Shown piece after piece: positions 1 to 11,584 of a stretch of 64,000 bases of DNA. The notes under the pieces are model-generated. The model was not told where the DNA came from. It saw only the letters and a list, made by a program, of their open reading frames with translations, and ran no database searches. Source of the stretch: Eledone cirrhosa (taxonomy: Eukaryota); assembly GCA_964016885.1 (NCBI GenBank), contig OZ024742.1, positions 126,356,001 to 126,420,000 on the forward strand, given 5' to 3'. The translations under genes were made by a program, and so were the position numbers. Each line of letters opens with the position of its first letter. The stretch's first letter is position 1.

Positions 1-1247
1 ACAATGAAAAGAGCGTCTGTGGTACTTTTACCTGACACAAACCCGAACTGCATTTCATCTAGATCAATTCGCTCTCTGATTAGTTGCACTATTACTTTTC
101 TGTGACCTTCATGACCTGGTCGATTAATTTAATACCTCTATAGTTACCCCTATCTAGGGCATCTCCTTTACCCTTGTAGCAGTTAATGATAATGCTGCTA
201 CGCCAGTCCTTCGGAATGATCCCATTACTATCCGGGTGACCATAGTGTGTCCCACTGTTCCAGATGCTTTCAGCATTTCAGCAACTATTTCCGAAGGCCC
301 AGCTGCCTTACCCGTCTTCATATCTTTGATTGCCTTACTTATTATACTACCTTCAACTTGCACTGCTGGTCCCTCTATTGGATCGATGTGGAGGAGACTG
401 TTTTTCTCCCATTTATTCTCCTCATTTAGTAGCCTTTCGTAGTGATACTTTCAAGCTACCTTCTTATCAGCGTTAGTGATGGCAAGTACACCATCATCAT
501 TAAGGACACACTTCTCCCCGACAATATCACTGTTTTCCTTGACACATTGCCTAGCAATCCTGAACACCTCACGTTTTTGGTCCTCGCGTTGTAGAACATG
601 CTTGAACTTTCTTTCCTCTGCTTCCCTTCTTGTGAAGTACACTTGTCTCCTAGCTTCTCTCCTGGCCACTTGATAGTTTTCTCTACTTCCCCCATCCCGC
701 CATGCTTTCCAAGCCTGCTTTTTGGCCTTGATTGACTCCTCCACCTTACTGTTCCACCACCATGTTACTCTCCTCCTGCCTATAGGTCTGCTCCAGCCAC
801 AGACTTCATCTACCACCTTCAGCAGGTTAGCTTTCAGGAATTCCCACTGTTCCTCTATATTGTACGACTCTAATTGCTCTTCCTTACTGTCAAAAGCATC
901 AAGTAATATGCTTTTAAATTTATTACTGGCTGTGGGGTCCTTTAGCTTCCATATTTTTCTCCTGAGGATAATCCTCCTCTGTTGTCGAGTACGTCTTGAC
1001 CTGACTATGAGGTCGCTAACTATGAGTCTATGTTGGGAGGTGCATTCTTCATGGGGAAGGGATTTAGTGTTTACAACAGACACTCTATCACGTCTTCTGG
1101 TAAGGATATAATCTATCTGACTGGCGTGTTCCCCTGATCTATAGGTGATCAAGTGATTGTCTCGTTTTTTGAAGTTAGTGTTACAGATAGTTAGGTTATT
1201 TGCATCACAGAATTCCAGGATTCTGGAGCCTTCCTCATTTCTAGTAC
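1..1247 (-). mobile_element. RTE-clade LINE family A, 5'-truncated, runs off the window edge; inverted relative to the adjacent copy
   Basis: Reverse complement aligns to about 1559-2821. End of the APE endonuclease (ITYRSGEHASQIDYIL) through RT start; contains a stop and a deletion. Confidence 0.95.
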
Positions 1248-4200
1248 AATGGGCTGGGTGGAGTAGGAATCATGGTAGCAGAAAAGTGGGCAGATAAGAT
1301 AATAGACGTAAATAGAGTGAACGACAGAATAATTAAAATAAGACTTGTCCTCAATAGAACTACTGTGACAATAATATCTGCATATGCACCACAATCCGGA
1401 CTGCCTGACGTTATAAAAGACAGATTCTATGAGACGTTAATGCTCACTACCTCCCAAATAACCGACAGTGACTACATAGTTATCGCTGGCGACCTAAATG
1501 GTCACGTTGGACAACATTGTGACGGCTATGATGGAATCCATGGAGGCTATGGGTTTGGTACTAGAAATGAGGAAGGCTCCAGAATCCTGAAATTCTGTGA
1601 CTCAAATAACCTAACTATCTGTAACACTAACTTCAAAAAACGAGACAATCACTTGATCACCTATAGATCGGGGGAACACACAAGCCAGGTAGATTATATC
1701 CTTACGAGGAGACGTGACAGAGTGTTTGTTGTAAACACTAAATCCCTCCCCCATGAAGAATGCACTTCTCAACATAAACTCATAATTAGCGACCTCATAG
1801 TCAGGACGAGACGTACTCGACAGCAAAAGAGGACTATCCTCAGGAGAAAAATATGGAAGTTAAAAGACCCCACAGCCAGTAATAAATTTAAAATCATATT
1901 ACTTGATGCTTTTGACAGTAAGGAAGAGCAATTAGAGTCGTACAATATAGAGGAACAGTGGGAATTCCTGAAAGCTAACCTGCTGAAGGTGGTAGATGAA
2001 GTCTGTGGCTGGAGCAGACCTATAGGCAGGAGGAGAGTAACTTGGTGGTGGAACAGTAAGGTGGAGGGGTCAATCAAGGCCAAAAAGCAGGCTTGGAAAG
2101 CATGGCGGGATGGGGGAAGTAGAGAAGACTATCAAGTGGCCAGGAGAGAAGCTAGGAGACAAGTGTACTTCACAAGAAGGGAAGCAGAGGAAAGAAAGTT
2201 CAAGCATGTTCTACAATGCGAGGACCAAAAACGTGAGGTGTTCAGGATTGCTAGGCAATGTGTCAAGGAAAACAGTGATATTGTCGGGGAGAAGTGTGTC
2301 CTTAATGATGATGGTGTACTTGCCATCCCTGACGCTGATAAGAAGGTAGCTTGGAAGTGTCACTACGAAAGGCTACTAAATGAGGAGAATAATTGGGAGA
2401 AAGACCGTCTCCACCACATCGATCCAATAGAGGGACCAGCTGTGCAAGTTGAAGGTAGTATAATAAGTAAGGCAATCAAAGAGATGAAGACGGGCAAGGA
2501 GCCCGGGCCTTCGGAAATAGTTGCTGAAATGCTGAAAGCATCTGGAACGGTGGGACACACTATGGTCACCCAGATAGTAAACCAAGTCATACAGAATGGG
2601 GTCGTTCCGAAGGACTGGCGCAGCAACATCATCATTAACTGCTACAAGGGTAAAGGTGATGCCCTAGATAGGGGAAACTATAGAGGCATTAAATTAATTG
2701 ACCAGGTCATGGAGGTCCCAGAAAAAGTAATAGCGCAACTAATCAGAGAGCGAATTGATCTAGACGAAATGCAGTTCGGGTTTGTGTCAGGTAAAAGTAC
2801 AACAGAAGCTCTTTTCATTGTACGACAACTACAGGAGAAGTACCTAGCTAAAAGTAAACCCCTATACTTAGCTTTTGTTGACTTGGAGAAAGCCTTTGAC
2901 AGAGTACCCCGCTCCATTATCTGGTGGGCCTTAGAAAACTAGGTGTTGATGAATGGCTTGTGAGAGCTATACAAGCCATGTATAAAAGAAACAGTCAGCA
3001 AGGTTAGAATTAACAACGAATATAGTGAAGAGTTTAGCGTAAAAGTTGGTGTTCATCAGGGCTCCATCCTTAGCCCCCTACTATTTATTATTGCCCTTCA
3101 GGCTATAACAGAGGAGTTCAAGACCAGCTGCTCATGGGAACTCCTATATGCAGATGATATAACGCTCATAGCTGAATCAATGGCTGAACTAGAGAAGAAA
3201 TTCCAAACATGGAAGCATGGCATAGAATCAAAAGGCCTTAAAGTTAACTTGTCTAAGACTAAAGTTCTAGTTTGTAGGAAGGAAAATAGGGCACCGGTCC
3301 CATCTAGGAAATGGCCATGCTCAGTGTGTAGGAAAGGAGTAGGCAGAAACTCCATTTTATGTCCCAAATGCAAAGTATGGGTGCATAAAAGATGTAGTGG
3401 GATCACAGGTAAGCTAACTAAGAATATAGATTTTATATGTGGCCGGTGCTCTGGTGCAATAAGTAGCAGCAAGTGCCCAAGAATATTAGCTCATTCCATT
3501 GCGCAGAAATAGTGGACAGCTTCCGTTACTTGGGTGACAAAATCAGCAGTGGTGGAGGGTGCTCTGAAAGTACAGTAGCTAGAGTCAGAACGGGATGGAA
3601 AAAGTTCAGAGAGCTTATACCACTATTGGCCGCTAAAGGGTTCTCTCTAAAAATGAAAGGCAGGCTGTATGATGCCTGCATACGAACAGCAATGTTACAT
3701 GGCAGTGAGACCTGGGCATTGTGTGCAGAGGATATACGTAGACTGGAGAGAAACGAAGCTTGCATGCTCCACTGGATGTGTAATAGTAATATACGTGAAC
3801 GGCAAAGCATAAACGAACTAAGGGAGAAATTAGGAATAAGAGGGATCAGATGTTGTTTACTCGAGAGAAGACTACGTTGGTACGGTCACGTGATGCGCAT
3901 GAAAGACGACAGCTGTATAAAAAAGTGCAGGGCGATAAAAATAGACGGTAGCCACGGAGTAGGCAGACCCAGAAAAACCTGGGACGACTTGATAAATTCC
4001 GACCTCACGCACTTACACCTCTCCAAGACAATGTCATTGGACCGAGATATTTGGTGCCACACAGTTATACAGAAGACCCACCTTGCCTAAGTACAAAGCG
4101 AAACCTACAATCAGTAGGCACCTCTAACAAAATACACCCCCGTACCACTACCCCCACCTCATTCACACCACCCCCTTATGTTGGTACCACAACATCCAGT

Positions 4201-4465
4201 CCGAAACAAATGAGTTCGTGTAGGTGTCACGACAAAAAAACACACAGTCCACGCTGTAATGTGGCCGTGTAGGTAACACGGTAAAAACTTCCCAGTCCAT
4301 ACTGTAAATGTGGTTGGTGTTAGGAAGGGCATCCAGCCGTAGAAAACCCGCCAGACAGTCCTATACAAGCAGGACAACCAATCTTGCCTCAAGTGGGAAA
4401 ACTCCCGTCTAAACCCATGCAAGCGTGGAAGATGGACGTTAAACGATGATGATGATGATGATGAT
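1248..4465 (+). mobile_element. RTE-clade LINE family A, about 3.2 kb, truncated inside the endonuclease, frameshifted
   Basis: APE motifs (SAYAPQ, GDLNGHVG, SQHKL) and RT motifs (QFGF, AFVDLEKAFDRV, GVHQGS, LLYADD, FRYLG). Internal PHD finger, RLRWYGHV, GRPRKTW and (GAT)n tail. Frameshifts near 2935, 2988 and 3505. Confidence 0.97.
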
Positions 4466-5089
4466 ATAAAAATTTCAAGTTATCAATAATGTAGTGATAA
4501 TATATCGTCACGTTAGAGATGAACAGCGTACGTGTAGGTACGTATGTTTCTGTAACAGACGGAATACCTATGTATCGCTGCTTGCGTAATCATATAATGT
4601 TAGCAAGTATTCGATAGCAAATGTATAATCTGTTGTCATTTCTTCAGAAATATTGGATAAATTGGAAAAAATCAGAAAAATCAAACTATTTATATTAGTT
4701 GTAAGAAAGGAAGAAGAGAAGGGATAGTATATGACAGATGGCAATTCAATTTGCTGGTAAACAAGTATATAGATGGTTTTTAATGAGAATACAATGAGTA
4801 TATGGCTTATTTTATCTAAATAAGAATTTTTGGGAGTGCCTATTTTAATCTATATTTGACCAGTTGAACAATGGACAGGGCTGGTCGTTTGGTGTAGTAG
4901 TATTAATACAGATATAAAGTGTCAAGTAAGGAAGAGAGAGATTTTCACTGCTACAGTATAACAACAATGCTGGTAGCCTGCATTATATATTTTTTTACTC
5001 TCCCAAAAAATCTATTTCTTCCCGTTTCTCCCCTCCCCCTTTTTTTAAAATAATTTTTTTTTATGTCTTTCCACCACTCCCCCACACAC

Positions 5090-5250
5090 CATTGGAACTC
5101 TCTTCCTGCCCCACGTTTCTCCTGATGAAGGGCTTATGCCCGAAACGTCGTCCCCCACCTCCCACTCTCAAGCGTGAAACTAATAATAACATTTGTACTG
5201 TTTCTTCGCTTCCACGTTTTTTTGTTTTCTGTTTACTGTCTCAACTTTAA
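5090..5250 (+). mobile_element. Penelope-like terminal-repeat remnant with hammerhead core
   Basis: CTGATGA-A-GGGC-TTAT-GCCC-GAAACGTC at 5122-5149, followed by a ctcaagcgtgaaactaataa motif that recurs near 36730. Confidence 0.55.
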
Positions 5251-5270
5251 AATATATATATATATATATA

Positions 5271-5760
5271 TAAAATACGTATTTAAGAAAGCCACAACAA
5301 TGCAGAGGGAAATCTCGAGGTAGGAAGTGAAAGATAGATAGGAAAAAACAGGTGAAAGTGAAAATTGAGAGAGACAAAGATGAAAACAAAACAAAGGTAG
5401 AAGGGTTACCGTAGTAGAGATTTAATCCCAATATTTCGGGCTCACGCCCATCAACGGGGGAAAGTTCCAAAAGGGGGGGAACAGGCCAAGCGGAGAAAGT
5501 TGTGATGTCCTTAAGACAGACGGCATTCCTGTCTTAACGACATCACAACTTTCTCCGCTTGGCCTGTTCCCCCCCTTTTGGAACTTTCCCCCGTTGATGG
5601 GCGTGAGCCCGAAATATTGGGATTAAATCTCTACTACGGTAACCCTTCTACCTTTGTCTCTCTCAATTTTCACTTTCACCTGTTATTTCCTATCTATCTT
5701 TCACTTCCTACCTCGAGATTTCCCTCTGCATTGTTGTGGCTTTCTTAAATACGTATTTTA
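5271..5760. repeat. Near-perfect foldback, about 240-bp arms with a 9-bp spacer (Penelope-type inverted terminal repeat or MITE)
   Basis: 5271-5519 is the reverse complement of 5529-5760 apart from a few substitutions and one indel of about 17 nt. Lies between (TA)n runs. Confidence 0.93.
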
Positions 5761-5821
5761 CACATTTCACAATGCTTCAAGCAAACTTTAACACCCTCAT
5801 ATATATATATATATATATATA

Positions 5822-6666
5822 CAGGGTGTGGACGATATTTGTTCGCAATTTTCAACTGCTAATTTTATGCAATTTTTTTTTACTTCCGTTGTCACTCTTG
5901 TCTTCATAAAAACAGTGACTATATTTCCATTATTTATTTTCAGAATAATTGATTATGAATAATTTTGAATCTCCAAATTTGTGGAAGAGACACAGAGTTT
6001 TTCTTGGAATCCGCGCCGGGAGGACAAATAAGGCCAGAAGATCAACTCCCAGAACAACAGGTGGCTTGCTGTCTCATCCAAAGTTTCCAGCGACAACATT
6101 GGTCTTAGGTGTTGTCAGCAGTCAAGGTGCCGTCATGCCACCTCACTTCATCCCTGAGGGCCTCAAGCTGAACACTGATGGCTACATCCACATTCTGAGT
6201 GAGGTAGTAAAGCCCTGGATCGACCAGGTAGCTGCAGGTAGGCCGTACGTGTGGCAGCAAGACTCTGCCATACCAGCCGAAAGACCCAAGCCTGGCTGTC
6301 AGAGAACTTCGTTGACCACACTTCACCTGACATCTGGCCTCCCAGCTCGCTTGACTGCAACACCCTCAACTTCTTTGTGTGGGGCAGTGGAAAGAGACAC
6401 CAACAGATCTAGCTGCAATACGAAAGACGATCTGAAGGCCAGGATCCCAAGTGCCTTTAGGGGCCTAAGTCGGGGGACAGTGACGAAAGCCTGTAGCCTG
6501 TTCCGAGGCCGTCATCAAAACCAATGGCGGGTTTATCGAGTGAGATCGAAAAAACAAGTCATGAAGTCAAACTGACCCAAGTTTGATAAATAAATCTTAA
6601 AAAATAAAACTACCGTGTTATTTTTCCTAGACAGTAATCTTGCGAACAAATATCGTCCGCACCCTG
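5822..6666 (+). mobile_element. Tc1/mariner element (maT/DD37D-like), internally deleted
   Basis: 27-bp TIRs (5822-5848 and 6640-6666, one mismatch) flanked by TA. Transposase remnant VLGVVSSQGAVMPPHF..YVWQQDSA, then frameshifted WPPSSLDCN..FFVWG. Confidence 0.92.
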
Positions 6667-6934
6667 TATATGTATATATAATAAGGAGTTGATGGACCCA
6701 GCATATTTATCAATGCCAGGACCGGTTGTATCTCAGCGTACTCAATAGGCAATGTAAGATACATTCCCAGAGTAAACACATAGTTATTCGCTTCAACACA
6801 ACACACGTAAAACGGGTGCCTATAATAGTTTCCGGACTCGAGTTTCGGCCACACTTAATGCAGTAGTAAGGTGCACTGCACCCTCATTCTGCATATATTA
6901 TGCAACTATGTATATATGTATATATATATATATG

Positions 6935-9086
6935 TAACGATAACGGTGTACTTGCCCTCAGTGATACTGATAAGAAGATAGCTTGGAAGTGTCACTACGA
7001 GAGACTATTAAATGAGGAGAATAAATGGGAAAAAGATAGTCTGCTCCAAATCGATCCAATAGAAGAACCAGCGGTGCAAGTTAAAGGTAGTATAATAAGT
7101 AAAGCAATTAAAGATACAAAGACAGGCAAAGCAGCTGGGTCTTCGGAGATAGTTGCTGAGATGTTGAAGGCATCTGGAATGGTGGGACACACTATGGTCA
7201 CCCGTATAGTTAACTAAGTAATACAGAATGGGGTCATACCGAAATACTAGCGTAGCAGCATCATCATTAACTGCTACAAGGGTAAAGAGGATGCTCTAGA
7301 TAGGGGAAACTATAGAGGCATTAAGTTAGTTGACCAGGTCATGAAGGTCACAGAGTTATAGCACAACTAATCAGAGAGCGAATTGATCTAGATGAAATGC
7401 AGTTTGGGTTTGTGTCAGGTAAAAGTACCTAGCTAAAAGTAAACCCCTCTACTTAGCTTTTGTAGACCTGGAGAAAGCCTTTGACAGAGTCCTCCACTCC
7501 ATTCTCTGGTGGGCTCTTAGAAAACTAGGTGTAGATAAATGGCTTGTGAGAGCTATACAAGCTATGTATAATGAAACAGTCAGTAAGGTTAGAATTAACA
7601 ATGAATATTGTGAAGAATTTAGTGTAAAAGTTGGCGTTCATCAAGGCTCTGTCCTTAGCCTCCTCCTATTTATTATTGCCCTTCAGGCTATAACAGCTGC
7701 CCATGGGAACTCCTATACGCAGATGATCTAACGCTCATAGCTGAATCAATAGCTGAACTGGAGAAGAAATTCCAAACTTGGAAGCATGGCCTAGAATCAA
7801 AAGGCTTTAAAGTTAACTTGTCTAAGACTAAAGTTCTAGTTTGTAGAAAGGAAAATAGGGCACAGGTGCCCTCAGTGTATAGGAAAGGAGTAGGCAGAAA
7901 TTCCATTTTATGTCCCAAATGCAAAGTATGGGTACATAAAAGATGTGGGATCACAGGTAAACTATCTAAGAACATTGACTTTATATGTGGCCAATGCTCA
8001 GGTGCAATAAGTAGCAAGTGTCCATAGGATACTAGCTCCTTCTATTGCTCAGATGGTTCTATAGAAATAGTAGACACTTTCCGTTACCTGGGTGATGAAA
8101 TCAGCAGTGGTGGAGGGTGTTCTGAAAGTACAGTAGCTAGAGTCAGAACGGGATGGAAAAAGTTCAGAGAGCTTATACTGCTGTTGGCCGCTAAAGGTTT
8201 CTCTCTAAAAATGAAAGGCAGATTGTATGATGCCTGTATACGAACAGCAATGCTACATGGCAGTGAGACATGGGCATTACGTGCAGAGGACCTGCGCAGA
8301 CTGGAAAGGAACGAAGCATGCATGCTCCATTGGATGTGTAATAGTAATATACGTGAACGGCAAAGCATAAATGAACTAAGTGAGAAATTAGGAATAAGAG
8401 GGATCAGATGTTGTTTACTTGAGAGAAGACTACGTTGGTATGGTCACGTGATGCACATGAAAGACGACGGCTGCATAAAAAAGTGCAGGGCAATCAAAAT
8501 TGATGGTAGTTACGGAGTAGGTAGACCCCAAAAAACCTGGGACAATCTGATAAATTCCGACCTTGCACACTTGCACCTCTCTAAGACAATGTCACTGGAC
8601 CGAGATCTTTGGCGCTATGCAGTAATACAGAAGTCCCGCCTTGCCTATGTACAAAGCGAAACCTACAGTCAGTAGGCACCTCTCAACCAAATATACACCC
8701 CAATCCACAACATACCCTATCCTCCCACTACCCATACCCTATCCTCCCACTCCCACCAACACCACCCTCTCTCTGTAAAGTTGGTACCACAACATCCAGT
8801 CCAAATAAATGAGATCGAGATCGTGTAGGTGTCACGACAAAAAAAAAACACACCGTCCACGCTGTAATGTGGCTGTGTAGGTAACACGATAAAAAGTTCC
8901 CAGTTCCACACTGAAAATGTGGTTGGTGTTAGGAAGGGCATCCAGCCGTAGAAAACCTGCCAGATAGCCCAATATGAGCGAGACACGGTCACCCGACCAA
9001 CCTTGCCTCAAGTGGGACAACTCCCGTCTAACCCATGCTAGCATGGAAGATGGACGTTAAACGATGATGATGATGATGATGATGAT
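6935..9086 (+). mobile_element. RTE family A copy, 5'-truncated, degenerate
   Basis: Aligns to about 2303-4465 with stops and deletions. (GAT)n tail; starts directly after (TA)n. Confidence 0.95.
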
Positions 9087-9629
9087 ATATAATCAGTTAC
9101 AACACTGGCATATGCAGATACTTAAGTTTCGTTGGGTTTAACTCATTCAGTCTTCCGTATATATCTCATTCCCTCTTACACAGAAAGAAATTGGCTGTGC
9201 TCACACTTGGAGAGGGTTGGGCTCTGCCAAGTTTAAATGCTCAAGACATGCTGATAGGAAGGGCATCAAAAGCTTGCCAAGACATGACAACTTCTCTGCT
9301 TGATAGAATGTATGACCATATGTAAGCTGGATGCAGCCTTCTTGGTGTGTCTGGCAGGCCAGTAGTTCCACTTCAGTACATACTTGGTTTATCTAAACTT
9401 GTCTAACCCTTGCTAGCAGGAAAAGTGCAAATTTGATGATGATGATACTGTATGTATATGTGTATATTTATGTGTGTGTGCCAGCTGCTGTGAACATATA
9501 GCCACTGCTATAAGACTTGTAGTGATAATTGTTTATGTCAGCCATAAACAAAACATCCAGCACAGTTTTTAGTTTGATAAAATGCAATCTTATCTTATCT
9601 ATTGTCCTTAGGTAAGACAACAAATGCAA

Positions 9630-9960
9630 CTTCATGCCAACAGGCTGTTTCCCATCAAGGTTTGTAGGTCTTCCTTGTCAATTCCAGTGTCTCTTTCTAT
9701 AGTATCCTGGTATCTGAGCTTTCTGCTAGAGGAGATTTCCAACAACAGGAGGTCTGAATCCATCTCATCTTTTGCATGAAAGCAGTGACCAGTAAACCTT
9801 GTACAATGTTCAATCAGTCGTACACTTACTTTGGGGATTTTTTCGTATATCTGATTAAGCATTGGATAGGTTTACCAAGGCATATTTTGAATCTTTCTCA
9901 AAAAGGTAGTGCAATATCTCTCTAAATGGCTCTGTAGACAGGAGTGCAAGGTCCTAGCAG
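9630..9960 (-). mobile_element. Old RTE-clade 3' remnant of a different family
   Basis: QIYEKIPKVSVRL..RFTGHCF..DLLL..YQDTIERDTG C-terminal motifs; same type as 52630-53125. Confidence 0.65.
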
Positions 9961-10504
9961 ATCATACCAGCCTCAAGAAGGCTAACCCATACCTTATTTT
10001 AAGAAAACCTGCCTGGAAAGGGATATCATCCATCGTTACAAATATGGAAAAATTGAATTAAAAATAGTTACACACATATGATAAACTTCTACACACTTTC
10101 TGTCTATGAAATTGTATTGACAATTGTGAGATTATGGAAGAGGAGTGATGAAACACCAAACTAAGGAGTTTGAACCTAGTAATTTGAGATGGGTCTACAA
10201 CAGACAAGACATGATAACAAGTCCTTGTTAACACTTAACATCCTGTATTATATGGAACCACACTAGCAAGACATTCTTTAAAACTACACTACAACACTAT
10301 GAATGCATCACATGAAAAATTGAAGTCTTTACCCTAAAACTGCAAATTTTCACAACATTCTGTTCACTAATTAAAACATAATGGTTTCTGATTTAGGTAC
10401 AAAGCCAACAATTTTGAGAGAGGAGAAAGTTGATTAAATCGACCCCAGTGTGTTACTGGTACTTGTAAGGATGAAAGGCAAAGCTAAACTCGGTGAATAA
10501 GTAG

Positions 10505-11066
10505 GAAAGACGACAGCTGTATAAAAAAGTGCAGGGCAATAAAGATAGACGGTAGCCACGGAGTAGGCAGACTCAGAAAAGCCTGGGGACGACCTGATAA
10601 ATTCCGACCTCACACACTTACACCTCTCCAAGACAATGTCACTGGACCGAGATCTTTGGCGGCACTCAGTAATAGAGAAGACCCGCCTTACCTAAATACA
10701 AAGTAAAACCTACTACAGTCAGTAGGCATCTCTAACAAAATACACCCCCACCCCATCCACACCGCCCCTTTCAATGTAAAGTTATGTTGGTGCCACAACA
10801 TCCAGGCCGAAACAAATGAGATCGTGTAGGTGTCACGACAAAAAAACACACAGTCCACGCTGTAATGTGGCCGTGTAGGCAACACGGTAAAAACCTCCCA
10901 GCCCCACACTGTAAATGTGGTTGGTGTTAGGAAGGGCATCCAGCTGTAGAAAACCCGCAAGACAGTCCTATGCGAGCAAGACAACCACTCTTGCCTCAAG
11001 TGGGAAAACTCCCGTCCAAACCCATGCAAGCGTGGAACATGGACGTTAAACGATGATGATGATGAT
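10505..11066 (+). mobile_element. RTE family A 3'-end copy (about 560 bp)
   Basis: Nearly identical to 16388-16971; (GAT)n tail. Confidence 0.93.
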
Positions 11067-11270
11067 TTATCATCCCAGTTTTACATCTATTTTTCATGCT
11101 TGCATGGGTTAGATGGGTTGTCAAACTCTGACATTAGTCAGGCAGGTTAGATGACCATGTCTTGCTCATTCTATTTTGGCATGGTTTCTACAGCTGGACA
11201 CTCTTCCTAACGACAACCACTCCACGGTGTGTAATAATAATATAACAAACAATAACAACAATATACTTAC

Positions 11271-11380
11271 CACAAATAGCAGCTCCCCATTTCTTTATCT
11301 CCACAAAATGACAAGACAACTGTCGGCCACCATACCAGCGACCATTAAATTTGGAAAATGCATTGAAAGCTTCTTCTTCA
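11271..11380 (-). CDS. ZRSR2: ZRSR2 exon 9 (EEEAFNAFSKFNGRWYGGRQLSCHFVEIKKWGAAICG), 110 nt; CDS continues off-window
   Basis: tttcag acceptor, G|gtaagt donor. FNGRWYxGRQL..W..AICG motif, ending at the first Cys of CCCH finger 2. Confidence 0.95.
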
Positions 11381-11456
11381 CTGAAATAAATAAAAAAACA
11401 AAGAAAAAAATCAGAATGAATGTTTAATATCATTCTTCAAGCCAATGGTTGTAAGA

Positions 11457-11584
11457 ACCATACCATTTTGGAAGTCATAGACTATTACCATACCATTCTG
11501 AAAGTCAATGAGTTACCATACCATTCTCAAAGTCAAAGACTATTACCATACCATTCTGAAAATCAAAGACTGTTACCATACCAT
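11457..11584. repeat. Minisatellite, about 30-bp unit, about 4 copies (accataccattctgaaagtcaaagactatt)
   Basis: Direct tandem repeats visible in the sequence. Confidence 0.88.

Noticed and set aside
1272-4090. Active LINE or host protein gene
   Set aside because: 5'-truncated within the endonuclease and broken by about three frameshifts.
4470-5000. Penelope RT/GIY-YIG coding remnant
   Set aside because: Only a weak ENLSLPYL-like resemblance; no interpretable reading frame.
6820-6895. Minus-strand hammerhead-like GGCC-GAAACTCGAGTC
   Set aside because: The 3' half looks right, but the upstream core reads CAGAATGA and stem I does not pair; at best a decayed remnant.
9988-10028. Possible micro-exon or U12 signal (ttccag..AAG|gtatgg; atatccct) as ZRSR2 exon 10
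   Set aside because: Does not encode the expected CPxGxxCNFLH of CCCH2, does not match RTATCCTT, and lies at the edge of an RTE remnant.
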